A program made the translations under genes and the position numbers. From positions 64,001-128,000 of the IMG/VR virus record IMGVR_UViG_2974673715_000001: a stretch of DNA of 64,000 nt, one strand, 5' to 3'. Under the pieces are notes generated by a model that saw nothing but the letters and a program-made list of their open reading frames with translations, was not told the DNA's origin and searched no databases. Source of the stretch: a virus (Duplodnaviria > Caudoviricetes). Positions 1-15,000 of the stretch are shown one piece after another (the stretch's first letter is position 1; each line of letters begins with the position of its first letter).

Positions 1-2
1 GT

Positions 3-3000
3 GGTGGTGGATCAGGTGCTTCTGCAACTGCAATCATCACTAAAGGTGTTGTATCTAGAGTTTTGATTAACGATGGTGGAACAGGATATACATCTCAACC
101 TACTATTACTATTGTTGGTGGTGGAGGAACTGGTGCTACTGGAACTGCATCTGTTCGAGGTCCTATTCAAGATGTAACTGTATCCAATGGTGGTGCGTCT
201 TATACTTCAAATCCTACTGTCACACTAAGTTCTGGTAGTGGTGCTGTTGCTCAAGCAATCGTTCAGAATGGTCGTATTATCTCTATCGCTATTATTTCTG
301 CAGGTTCTGGATATACTACTGCTCCTACAATTGATATTCAAGGAGAAGGTTTCGGTGCTGTTGCTCGTGCAACGATTGATGTTGATGGTGAAAATGCAGG
401 TAGAGTTACTGGTATCGAAATTGTCAATAGAGGTATTGGATATATTCAAGGTACGACTTTAATTAATTTAAACTCTGTTGGTTCTGGTGCAACATTTACA
501 GCAAACGTATTCCAATGGACTTATAACTTACAAGAAACATCTACTCTTGATGCTGCAAAGGGCGGAGTATTTGAAGGATTTAATAATCAATATGGTGGTG
601 AATATGCTCACTTATCAAACCCACAAAGATTAAGATATCTTCTTGGTGATAATTTATTTGAAAATAATGCAGGATTAGTCAAAGAGCAAGAAACTCAATT
701 AGCACACTCACCTATTATTGGTTGGGCATTTGATGGTAACCCAATTTATGGTCCATATGGTTACTCAGATCCTACTGATCAGAACTCTGCTATTGCTAAA
801 TTAAACACATCTTATCAACTTAAAGCAGAACTTGTATATAATGCTGTTACAAACCAAAATCCTGTTAGAACAGCAGGCCCTCTTCTTTCTGAAGAATCTG
901 CAGGTAGGTTTGTTGAAGATTATCAATATGTTTTTGGTCAGGGTGATTTAGATCAATATAATGGTCGTTTCTGTAAGACACCTGATTATCCTGATGGTAG
1001 ATATTGCTATTTTGTAACTATTGATTCTACTGAAGATGGTAATCCTCTATTCCCATATGTTCTTGGTCCTAGTTTCAACTCTGTTGTAGATACTTGGAAT
1101 TTAAGTGCTGATGCTGTTCAACAAAATATTCCTACTGGTGTTGTTAGATATCGTGATCCATATGAGAACGTTGATATTGACGTTGAGAGGGCACCAAATG
1201 CCTCTACAAACGCTATAACCCTAGAGAATGGTGATATACTACTATTTGAAGTGGAAGACGAAGATAGAAGTGGTATTATTGATCAGGATGAAACTGATGA
1301 TCCAGATCAGGTTTTTGAAGAATCTCCATTACAATTATTTGATTATTTCCCTAAAGTAAAACTTGATTCTAAAGTTGACATTGAAGTTGAGACAATTACT
1401 AAATTTGAAGATGCATCTGTAACAGGATTTACTATTGAAAATGCAGGTGTTAGTTATCAGGTAAATGATAGATTAGTATTTGATAATACTGATACTGATG
1501 GTTCTGGAGTTTCTGCTCGTGTTTCTAGAATCAAAGGTGAATCAGTATTAACTTATGGTTTTGAGAATACTAGTGGTATAAATTATGGTCTTCTTAAAAC
1601 TACAAATCCTCATAATTTAGTTGCAGGTGATACAGTATTTGTTGATTATTCTCCTGTAATGGACAATACTAATAAGTCTTATATCGTACGTCAATATAAA
1701 GGTATTGAGGAGATTCAAATTGATCAAACTGGATCTGGTTACAACACAGATATTCCTCCAACAATTATTATTGATGGTAATGGATCTGACGGTAGTCTTG
1801 AAGCAGTTGTTACTAGTGTAGGTTCTATTGACACTGTTAATATTCTTAATTCTGGTTCTGGATATACTTCCAATCCTAGAGTTATCTTATCTCACCCACA
1901 GGTATTCAAAAAAGCAGATTACTATGTTTCATTGATTGAAAATGAAAATTATGCATCTGTAAATGATGTATATGTGAATGATAATAAGGAAGTCTACATT
2001 TGTGGTAAAACACACGACATATCTGATAATCTTGTTGCTTTTGTTGCAAAACTTTCTGCAACTGGTGTTAAAGAATGGGAAGCAACTTTAGAACTAACTG
2101 GTGGTTTAGATGATGCAGAATTCCAAAAGTTATATGTTGATGGTAAGGATATTTGGGTTGCAGGTAGAAACTATCCTAACTCTTCTCTTTTAAATGCATA
2201 CAATCCAGATATTATCTTAGTTAAGTATGTTGAGGCAGAAAATGGTCTTAGTGCAACACTGAATTTCCAAAGAGCATATGCAGGTATTTCTGGATCTACT
2301 CGTTCAGATGAAATTACTGCACTTAAAAAATTCTCTGATACTAGATTTGTTATTGGTGGATATACAAATACCAACTCTGCTAATCCTTACGATGCTTTTA
2401 TTGCTCTAGTTGATACTACTGGAACTTTTGCTATTAAGAGAAAACTTACATCAGCAAATAGTTCTGAAAAGATTACTGATATTGTAGTTAATGGAAGTGA
2501 TGTATATTTCTCTATGGAGATTGCATCTAGTGTTTCTGCAACTGCAGTTGATGTTGGTTTTGGTAAAGCAACTATTGGAACTAGTGCAATTACAATTCCT
2601 TATATCAAACAGATTAGTAATACAGTGTATTCTTTCTTGAATACTAGTATTGCAATGGATGAATTTGATGAGGCATATATTACTGCTACAACTAGACTCA
2701 AATCTGATAATACAACTACAACTGGTTTCTGGGTAGGTAAATTTAATACAACTGGCGATGTAATTTACAATAAGAGATATGCTGTTGCAGGTGGATCTAT
2801 TACTGCAGCAAGTAAGTGTGTTATTGATATATTTGGTGATCTTAACGTAGCAGTTAGTAAAATTGCTACAACTGATTCAGTGCGAACTGCAGAGTGTATT
2901 AAAATCGGATATAATGGTATAATTAAGAGTCATACAACTCAACAGTTTAATCTTAATAATATTGAAGGTATTACTGTAAATTCTCTTGCTGTTGATAACT

Positions 3001-6000
3001 CTGGAGATGTTCATCTATTTGGTCAAACTTCTTGGAATAGGAATGAATTTATTTTCCCATTCACATCTGGATCTAATGCTGATACAACTGGTCATTATAC
3101 TTTAACATCTACATCAACTAATAACTCTATCACTTATGCTGATAATGTTGCTAAGATTTATGGTTACAACCCTGCAGGATCTAACTCTACCTGGGTAAAT
3201 TCACATCTTAAAATTACTTCTGCTCAGTTAGGAACAAAATTAAATGAGAATTGGACTATTGAATTTGGACTTTATAAAGAAGCAAGTTCTTCTCAAACAT
3301 TATCTCAAACACAACAAACATTAGTTTCTATTGGTGATGCTGAAGACGCTACAGGTGGTCTTTGGTTATACTATGATGTTTCTAGTGGAAAACTAGAATT
3401 AGTAGTTACAAATAATACTACTAAATTAAATTCTGCAGGATCTGCACTTCAGTCTACATTAACTACAATGTTTGCTGATAATACATGGCAATACATTGGA
3501 CTTAAGAAAGAAGGTAATCAGTTTACTGCATATGTAAATGGAATTCAAGCATTTACAGGAAGTGTTTCTAATACAGCATTAAACGGTAAAGATCTTCTCT
3601 TTGGTCAAATTACTGGTAGAGATGGAACTGCAGGAACTATTCGTAAGAATGAGCAAGGTCAATACTTTATTGATCATCTCAGACTTAGAAATAGAGCAAT
3701 CACTCCTAGCGTACCTAGTGATGTTACTGCATTCCCAACTACAGGTGCTTTTGCCTTTGCATATACTTGGGTTGATAGTGGATGGTTTACTACTAACCTT
3801 TCTAAGTATGATTATATTGATTACATTGGTTGGGGTCTTAAGATTGATAAAAATGCTGATGCTGCAAGAATTGGAACTCAAACTGTTCAAACTAATACTC
3901 AAGTTGGATTTGTTAGAACAAGTGTAAGTGCTGTAACAGGTGTAGATCTTACTGTTACTAATACTGGTTTTGCTTTAGGTGATGCAGGATTCCAAAATCT
4001 AGACTTTGATGATTCAGCAACCACTATGAATGCGGGCACTGAGTCACTTACTTATAAGCAGGATATCTGGAGTTCTAGAACTGCAACTGTTCCTTCACCA
4101 GGTTCTAGAAAACTTAAGGTTACTGCTATTGTTAGAGACAGATATTACTTTAAAGTAACTCCAACATCTAAGATTGATAATATTCAAGAACTTACAATTA
4201 ATCAATCATTTAACTTTACTGTAGGAACAAAATTAAAATTAGTAAATGCTACTTCTGGAGCATTTATTAATAGTGGTTACATTATTTCTACTGACAATGT
4301 TAATAATAAAATATTCCTTTCTGTTAATAATAATGGTTGGTCTGATGATTTGAATCAGGGTCAATTAGTTACAGAGCAATTTAGTGAACAGTCTACTTAT
4401 GGCATTGTAGGTCCTATTCCTGCAGATGTTAATGAAATTGAAGGATATAATTTTGCACAAGTAAATAACACAACACCAGGCACATTTGATATTGATCTTG
4501 ACAAGTATAATTTAGATGGAACTTATAATGCTGCAGGTGGACAGAATTTAGATAGTTTTGCAAAATTCAAACCACATAGTGATATTGATTATGCGATTAG
4601 AATTGATGAAGTTTCTCCATCAGGATCTCCGTTTATTGTTGGATCTGTAGTCACAATCACTTCCTCAGATATTAGTTTTAATTCTGCATACTCTACAGCA
4701 CAAATTACCAACCTAACTGGTGTTTTAAAGATCACTGTAATTGCAAACTTAACTAAGATTTTACAAGTTACTGCAGTTACAAATAGTGATCAAGTTTATG
4801 TAATTACAGGAACTAATCATTACCTATCTACTGGATCAATGATTTATGTTGATGGTAATCCTACTCAAACTATTGGTTCTACCACATATGATGAATATGA
4901 TGGATCTTTTGCAGTTTCTCAAATTGTTAGTGCCAGAGAATTTGTATATAAACTTCCTAGTGCTGCATTAACTTCACCTGCTACCACAGCAGCAAATGTT
5001 AGCATCTACGTTAAGTCTCCCGTTCTTAAAATGTATTATGGGCATCAATACTTGTTTGATGTCAGTCATTCCTCAATGAGCGGTGGTAACTTATCTTTCT
5101 CTAAAGATCCTTTAAACAAATTAGAATATTCCTTCAACTCTATTGAACGTGTTGGAACACCTGGTCTTACAGGAGCAGGAAATCCTACTCCTACTGTAAA
5201 ACTTAAAGTTGATGAGGGTATTGTTACAAATATTTCTTATTACTTTGATCCCTCTAGAACTGGTGCTGATTCTCCTGTTTCTGATGGAAGTTATCTTGAT
5301 GTTACTGACTCTCCTTACAAGGGTACGTTCTCAGTTCAGTCTGTTCAAGGTGCTACTATTACTCGTGGTGCTGATATTATTAGATTTCCTCTTCTCAACG
5401 AACCAGAAGCAGCTGCTGATGTAAACCAAGCATCTTATACTACAAGTTCTGTTAAGGCAGTTGGTTCTATTGGTGCTATTCGTATTGTTAATCCAGGTGG
5501 TTTCTATACAAGATTACCTGTTGTTACTGGAATTCAATCTACTAGACAAATTGAAAGAGTTGCTATTAACGCACCAGGCACAGAATATGCTGTAGGAACT
5601 TATACTGGTGTTCCTATTGGTGGTGATGGTGAAGGTGGATTTGTAGAAATTACTGTTGCTGACGGAACTGATGCTAACGGAGTAACTATTCCTGGTCAAA
5701 TTCAATCAGTTGTTGTTACATCACCTGGTAAAAATTATACTACAGCAACTATTGATGTTGAGGCAATTACTGGTATTCTTGGATCTGGTTTAACTGGTTC
5801 TGGTGCAGAACTAGAAGTTGTTATTCCTGCTTCTGGAACTGGTGCATCTATTTTCACTCAAGGTGATAAAGTTGGTAAGATTAAGAAACTTAAGAACAAT
5901 AACTTTGGTTATGATTATCCTCATGACTATACACTACGTCCTGAGATTACATTCCCAATAAATGCTCAGTTAACATCTACCAGTATCCTAGACAGTATTA

Positions 6001-9000
6001 CAGTTACCGATCCAGGTTCTGGATATTCACAGGCACCTGCAGTGGTAATTACTGGTGGTGGCGGAACAGGTGCTGTTGCTGAAGCAACAATTAAGAATGG
6101 TCGTTTAGATTTAATTATTGTTAAAGATCCAGGCGCAGGTTATTCTTCTACTCCTGCAGTTGCTCTTAGATCTTCTTTCAACTATGTTGTAAACCTTGAC
6201 TTAGGTCTTTTACAGTTTGCATTCCCTCATGGTATTGCTAACGGTTCTGCGGTTACACTTAATGTTGTTGATACTGGTGAAGGTGCAGACTTCCCGCTTG
6301 CTGCAGGTGCAATCGGTCGTTTGAATGGAACTACAACTTATTACGCAATTACTGGTTCTGCAAACTCTCTTGAACCAGATCAATTAAAACTTGCTATTAC
6401 TGCATCAAACGCAAACTTAGGTGATGCTATTTCATATGTCAATGCAGGATCAGGTCGTCAACAATTACTCACAGAATCTTTTGGTGGTGCTGCTACAGCA
6501 AACGTTATTACATCTACCTTCTTAGAAGGAGAACTTGTTTATCAAGGTGATTCTTTAGAAAACTCAACTGCTCAAGGTTATGTTTCTACAAATAATGGTT
6601 GGCAGATAGGACCTAGAGTTCTTAAGATTGTAGATTATACTGGTGACTTTATTGAAGGACAAAGAGTAACTGGTGTTATATCCAAATCTTCGGGTACGAT
6701 CAGTGACTTGAATATTGCTAAAGGTGTTCTTGAGATTGGTTCTCTTACTAAGACTACAGGTCAGTTTATTGATGATGTTGGTAAACCTTCTGAAATTATC
6801 GAAAAGATTCAAGACTCTTACTATTATCAAGATTTCTCTTATGCTATTAAGTCTGCTGTTTCTATCGGTGAGTGGAAAGACATTCTTATCAAAAACGTTC
6901 ACCCTGCATCATTCAAAGTATTTGGTGAATTAAATCTTTCTGATTACGGATTTGTTCCTAACAAAGAGACTGATTTCCAACTTACTAAATCTGTTGAACT
7001 TGCTAGAGATGCGATTGTTCCTAATATTCAAAGTTTTGCTTTAGTAGAACCAGTTTATTCAGAATTCAATAATACAGAAATACTTTTCCGTCAGAAGAGA
7101 CTTACATCTTCAGAAAATATTCTGACTTCTGTTGTTCAACGTATTGATGATATTTCTACTTTATTTGATGGTGAAAGGATTGCATTCCCACTAACAGTTG
7201 GTGGAACTAATATTGTTGCTAATGCTAATCAATTGATGATTGTTTTAAATGGTGTTGTTCAGAATCCTGGCACATCTTTCAATCTTCAAGGTGATTCGAT
7301 TGTATTCAACGAACCACCACAACCTCCTGCAAGTATCAAATACGTTAACGTTACTATTCAAAATATTCCTACTAAGAAAATTTCATTTGATAATATCGGT
7401 GGTATTTTCCCAAATCCTGGTAATGAAATGGTTGGAACAGCATCAGGAAATCGTCTGACTGTTACCAGTGTTGTAGGTAATGATGTATTTGGTTTCTTCA
7501 CTCAAGGAACTACATTTACTCCTAGTGAACTTGTTACAGTTGGTGCAACAGGATTTGCTTCTAATGTTGCTGCAAGTAATGGTGTAACTGATGTTCAAAA
7601 TATCGGTCTATTTACTTTTGGTGAGAAAGTTACTGACTTCCAAGGTGATACTGCTAGAGTTGAATCAATCAACCTACAGAAAGGTCAAGAAACACCTTTA
7701 GCACAATTAAGATATACTATCGGTCCTTCTACTACCTCATTTGAAGTAGTTGCATATAAGACTGATAATAGTGTTGCTGATGCACCTGTTGCTGACGGAA
7801 CATTTACTACTGGTCAAAACTATCAGTTTGGTTCTGAAATTTTCTTACTTAATAGTATTACACAGGGTTCTCAATCTACAACTTTTGGAGTTACAAGAGC
7901 ACAGTCTGGAACCACTGCTGTATCACAGCAAGAAGATAATCCTGTTTATGGAACTCAAATTTCTGTCAATAATCAACTAACTTTAAGTAAAACAACTGGA
8001 ACATATCAATCTACACCTGGTCTTTACGACATTCAATTAAATGAAGTTATTATTGGTGCTCAATCTGGTGTAGTTGCTCGTGTTACTGCAACTTCTACAT
8101 ATCAAGATCCTGTAACTCAAGAATTTATTAGTCAGGTTAATATTTCCGAAGGTTCTTCTTTCTTTGGTCTATTATTCAACAGGATTACATCTCAGACTTA
8201 TCCAAACGTTGTTCTTGATGATATTTCTAAATCTCAGGTAAGAATTGTTGATTTTACAGATAATCAAACAGATTACAATACTAAATTCCCTTCTAATGAA
8301 GAAATTAACAATTATGTTATTCCTTACGATAATGCTTCGGGCACTCTACAAAATGAGACTATCCGTAACTACAAATTAGAGTATGGTAATAATGATGGTG
8401 AATTTGCTACTGGTGAAGGTGCTGTAGTTCGTAAATTAACTTATAGAGATACAGTTGGAACTGGTTTATTCGTTCCTGGTCAAATTATCAGAACTCGTGA
8501 TACGAAGGCAGAAGTTATTGGTGCAAACCAAGCAAGAAAAACTGTATACGTTGGTAAGGTTGGTAGATCTCTTAGAAACGGTGGAGATTATCATACATTC
8601 ACATTTAATAATGCATATCTCAATGCAACCAATCAGAAGTTTGGTGATGCTTGTTTAGGTCTTTCACCTGGAACTGAAGCACATACTTTTGTAAGTGGTG
8701 TTGCTGATTCAATCACTGCAGGTGGCGGTGCAACAGGTACGTTTACTGCTGCAACAGGAACTACCTATAATGGATTGACAGGTGATCTAGTAATTGAAAT
8801 TGGAAATCACTCTTTAACAACAAGTAACACAGTTCTTATCGCTGATAACAGTATTGGATTTACTTGTGCACAAGATGGTAATACCTCTACTAAAACATAT
8901 CCTCGTAGCACTGACCCTGCATCAGGATCTGCTCGTAATATAACTGCAGTTACATCAACTACGATAACAGTTAACGTAGGTGCAGTTCCAATTGATGAAA

Positions 9001-12000
9001 GTTTTGCAGTCGCGGCTTCTGATGAATTTGGGTTTGGCACTGCAGCGTTTACAATCGAGTGTTGGATTAGACCAATTACTGTTGGTGCAGGAACAAGATC
9101 TATCTTTGATTTCAGAACTGCTGCAACTGAAGTTGCTCCTTACTTATATCTTGATGGTGCAAATCTAGAGTATTATGTTAATGGTTCCATAGTAATTCAA
9201 GGAACAGCAAACATAGTTGCAAATCAATGGACACACGTTGCTATTAGTAAATCAGGTTCTGTAACTAGAATGTTTGTTAATGGTGTTCAAGACGGTAGTA
9301 ATTACAGCGATAGCAATAACTACGGAACAAATAAACCAATTAGAATTGGTGATGATACTGCAGGTAATAATCACTTCATTGGATATATTGATGAGTTTAG
9401 AGTTTCTACAACTGGACGTTATACTGCAGCATTTACTGCACCTACAGGTATCTTCCAAGGTGATTCAAACACTGTATTACTCATTCATTTTGATGGTGTT
9501 GAAGGACAACAGCATACAGATGATTGGTCTGGAACTGTATCATTTACTAAGGATGAATATTTCAATAATGATGCAATTCTAGAAACTTCTAGAAAGACTG
9601 GTGCACCTGCAGGATTTGCGGGTAGATCCCACAGATACTATAACGCTGCAGATAATATCGAAGGTAACATCGACTTTATCAAGAAAGAAGTTGTATATCA
9701 AATGAGACAGAGATATCCAGAACTTGTTATTCTAGGAACTCGTTTCACTCCAACTAATGCAACATATGATGCTGTAACTGGTCTATTGTCAATGACAGTG
9801 ACTGGAAACACATTTACTAATGGTGGACAATTTACACCTCAGTCTGCATCATACAATCCTTCGACTGGTATATTGACTATCACTAAGATTAATCACGGTG
9901 TAACAAATGGTAAGAGAATCAATATTAAAGTTGGTGGTATCACATTTACATGTGCAGAAGATAGTAACGCTACAAATCATCCATATCCTCGTTCTACAGA
10001 TCCTGTTGCAGGTAAGTGGTTGACAGTTTCTAATGCGACTGCAGATACATTTACAGTTGATGTTGGAACCTCATCTAATACTACAACTCATGCTTTCGTA
10101 AGTGCCTTAACTAATGCAATTACTGTTGAGAAAGATAGACTTAAGATTTTAGATAATTCTTTGACGTTCACTTGTGCGATGGATGGTAATACTGCTAATA
10201 AAACTTATCCTCGTCCAACAGATCCTGCATCTAAAGATGTTGCTCTTCCAATCGTATCTTCCAGTTCTACCAATTTAACAGTTAATGTAGGACCTTCTCC
10301 TTTAGTTAATTTCCAACCAACTAACGCAACGTACGATCCTGCAACTGGTGCATTCGTCATGACGATTGCTAATCATACAATCAATGTTGGAACACAAATT
10401 AGATTAACTGCAAATTCATTTACATTTACTTGCACACAAGATGGTAACAGTGCACAGAAAACTTATCCTCGTGCAACTGCGGGCGATGGTCAACCTGATC
10501 CTGCATATAATACTGCTCTAGATGTAACTGCAGTCGGAACAACTACACAAGATATTAGTAGTGCAGCGTATGTTCCTACAACAGGTATTTTAACAGTCAA
10601 TACAAGTGGTAACCATGGATTATCTACTGGCAATAGAATTCAAATTGCTGATAATTCATTAACATTCACATGTGCTTATGATAGTAATGCTACAAACCAC
10701 ACATATCCAAGACAGACTGATCCTATCAGAGGTGAGTGGGTTGAAGTAACCGTTGTTGATGCTGATACATTTACTATTGATATTGGAACATCTAGTGATA
10801 CTTCTACACATTCATTTGTTTCTGCGACTGCAGGTGCACTAATTAAACAAACTGGAACTGTAACTATTAACGTTGGTGTTTCTGCTCAGGCAGATCAATA
10901 TGCTCATACTTTTGTATCTGCTGCAACAAACGCAGTTGTTACAGGTGGTAATTACTTACATACATTTGTTTCTGCTACAAATAATGCAGTCATTATTGAC
11001 GAAGGAATTAATTGTGAAGATGATATTCGTGATACATTGAATGCGATCATTCAAGATCTTCGTAATGGTTCTAACAATCATGTTTGGGATGCTGCATCTT
11101 ACTATGTTAATAGAACTGTTAACCCAGTTCAGATTGCACAGATTGAACCTGCTGTTAAAGAAACATTATTTGCTTATGAAAAAGTTGATGATATGCTTCA
11201 GTATGTCATTACTAATGCTCTTTGGCCAGTTCAAGGTGATCATGGTTTAACTCAATTTACTGACGTTTCAATTACTGATTCTTCTTACACTACATTGAAT
11301 CAGTTTACACCTACTAATGCAACTTATAATCCTGCTACTGGTGATATGGTATTGACTATTGGATCTCATTCAATGACCACATCATCAATAGTTAATATTG
11401 CAGTCGGTGGTATCACATTTACTTGTGACAAAGATGGCAATGATCGTCCTACTGCATATCCAAGAAAGACTGATCCTGCTGCTAAGGCAGTTCTAGCTGT
11501 CACTGCTGTTGGTGGTGGTAACACAACTATTACAGTTAACGTAGGTAAATCATCTGCAAGAGATCAATATACTCATACATTTGTATCTGCAGTAGCTAAT
11601 TCTGTCACTGAATTAAATTATACCACTGGTGACTGTGCTGATGTCTATTCAACTGTTGGTAACTTAATTAACATCATTACAGATACAATTACAAATGCTT
11701 CTGCATCATCACCTGTTGATCATTTGGCAAGTGTTACTAAAGTTGAACCTGCATATGAGTTCGTTGGTGGAACAGTTGATGGATATCTAGAAACAACTTT
11801 AGCAGTTGATTATCATAATGCAGGAACTGATTTATCATATACAAATCAGATTGGTCCTGATACGCAATATCGTTTCAGAGATGCTGCAAACTTAATCAGA
11901 CTTAATCGCACAGCAATCGTTGATAAAGCAGCGTACGATATGTTACAACGTTATCCTACGTTGGCACAAACAATGCCTAGAAACCAAGGTGGTGCAAGCA

Positions 12001-15000
12001 CTGACGGAACTATTCGTTGTAAGACTGACTTAGGTAATTTCTTAGATGCTATCGCAAATGATTTACAAGAAGGTGGTAATCTTGAAACTATAACAGGAAC
12101 TGGATTCTATCTCTTCCAAAATGGAGGACTACGTTATATTCGTCTTCAAGTATTCCAGTCAGTATATGCTCATGGAAGACTTGCTGAGTATATGAAACAA
12201 GCAGTTTTAGGAACCTTAACTGATGCCAATACTAACAGTATTGTTGTTGGAGACTGGGGAGTTACTGGTGCAGGTGTTTCTGGTTACTTTAATGCTGTTA
12301 CTGCTAGAATTGATGAACTCATTGCAACTATTAATAATATTATTGCTCCAACAGGTTCAGACTTTGAAATTGCTGCTGATAGATTATTCTTTAACAAGCA
12401 ATTTATAAAGGAAGAAATTAACGGTCTTGTTCTACAGTATCTTTCATATGTCTTAAACGGTGTCACCTATAATGCAGGTGCTTGGAATGATGAATTAGAT
12501 GTTGAAGATTTAATTGTTGCTCTTATTTCTGATTTACAGGCTGGTGGAACAGATAGCACAATTCAAGAAGCAAGCACTTATCTAACTGCTGCTCTTAATA
12601 TTCAAACTATTGACAATGTTCTCCCTGCAGCATTATATGCTATTGAACAAGTTGGAATCCTTGGTGAGTATGCGATTGAAAATGGATTATTTGCTCAAGC
12701 AGAAGCTGGAAGTGCAAACAGTTCTACTCAATATGCAGCGCAATATACTGATGAATCAGCATATAGAGATTCTATTTCAACTTCAGCAATCAATGATGTT
12801 GTATATGCATGGCGAGACTTAATTGAGATTGTTAAGGATATATTCTCACCTGGCGGAAAAGAAGCAAGATCTGCTGCTAAACAATTAGAGTATAATGAAA
12901 ATTATTACACTAATGAATTAAATAACGCAGTTACCAATCAATTTGGATCTGGTGCATGGTCTACTGATCAAGAAAACTTTATAGAAGGTATTGTTGGAGA
13001 CATTGTTCATGATCTTATTACAACTGATACTTACGATAAATCCACAGCATATACAATTACATTAAGTGCAAGTTCGGGTACGTTTGGTGTTGGAGAACTT
13101 GTTACTTCCAGTAATGGTGGTGAAGCAACTGTTCTTGAATACGACGATGTAAATAAAATCCTTTATGTCGGTGCATTTGGTGGAAGTGCATGGGTGGCAA
13201 CTAATACATTATCTGCTCCTAGCGGTGCTACAGGAACCATTGCATCTGGTGGCGTAAGTTCTGCATACAATTGGTATAATAATCCAACTAACGTTAAGAT
13301 TATTGATAGAGCAAGAAACCTTACATCTAATATTGAAGGTCTTGTTTCTACTACAAATATTTTCCCTGATCCCGAAAATCTTAATGCTACAGGTTGGACT
13401 GCATCAGAAACAACAACTTCAGTAGATGTTACTGCTGCTCCTGACGAAACTCAAACTGCTGATAAGTTAATTGCTTCAACAAATAATACTGAGCACTACA
13501 AGTATAAGAATTTCACTCTAAATTCCTTTGAGACTTTTGATAGTGATACTACTAAATTTGACTCTACTACTGAAACATTCGATACTGGTTCTGCAGGTGA
13601 TGCAACTACTCAAACATTTACATATTCAATCTTTGTTAAGGCAGCTGAGTATACTAAGACTCGTATATACCTAGCACTTGATGACTCTCTTGCAACACGT
13701 CAAAGAGCATTCTTTGATCTTGATTTATCAAATGGAACTAAGGGTTCTATCTTTACACCTGATGTTGCTATAACTGTAGATGCCTTTGGAGTAATTCCTC
13801 ATGGTAATGGATGGTATCGTGCTTATATTACAGCAACATTTGGATTTGGATTCTCTCAACTTCGCACACAAGTTTATACTAGAGGTTCTAACGGAGCACT
13901 AGTCCATGCAGGTAATGGATCTGATGGATTATTTGTTTGGGGTCATAAACTCAATAGTGGTGCCCTTGATCCTTATACTGCAGCATCTGGTACATTATTC
14001 TATTCAAACACTGATTATAATATCAAGACATTTGCTTTGGATAATCTTGAAGACTTTATGGGTAAGGCACTTGACAATACTTTAACATCTCCTTCACCTC
14101 TTGCATCTTTCTACAAGTTCTATGATGCTTCTCTTGCATCAGATTACAATAAATCTACTATTCAAAGATTTATTCGTTATCATCTAAATGTTATTAGAAA
14201 TCAGTTAGCACAGTCAACTTATTATACAACTATTACTAACAACAATGCGATCACTGTTCCTACAATCAAATATGGTAATCCTGAGGTTCCAATTGGACTT
14301 AGTGGTGGTGTTAAACCTGCTGATTACTTCTATGGTTTACTTAGTGACGCATCAGCCGAAGTTGAAACTGTTACAGAGAATACTGGTGAAGTAGTTCAAG
14401 TTTATAAGAGATTTAGAATTGACGGTAACATAACTGATGGTCCTTTCACAATGGGCGAGACTGTTGCTAAACAAGGTTCAAGTGGTGTTACAGGTGTTGT
14501 ATACGGTTTCTACGAAGATGCAAACTATAAGTATCTTGATGTTCGGGTAACCGCAGGAGTTTGGGCAGTTACTGACAATATTGTAGGTGCAGCAAACTCT
14601 ACTACTGCTCAAATTAGTGCTATTGAAGACCGTCTTCACATTATCGATCTTCAAGGATTATTTGAGAATAACATCCCATTTAAAGGATATACATCTGGAC
14701 AGACAGCACAACCAACAGGATTCTATCAAAATAATGCAGCGGTGACAGACAACACTGGAGGTACGCTAACAGTTGATACTGCAAGTCTAACTGGAACATT
14801 TGAAACCACTGCAGTGGTATATCCTCAGACCTCTAGGAAGTTTATTGATGTCAAGAAGATTGATGGTTTAGATGTTAAGGTTGGTGATTTAGTCGCTTCC
14901 ACAGGTAATATTCGTCTTGGTATTAATATTCTTAATAACTTGAATGTATTTACCGAAGGTAATAGACTGTATTCAATTGTTGCAGGTCAGCAGCAAACCA

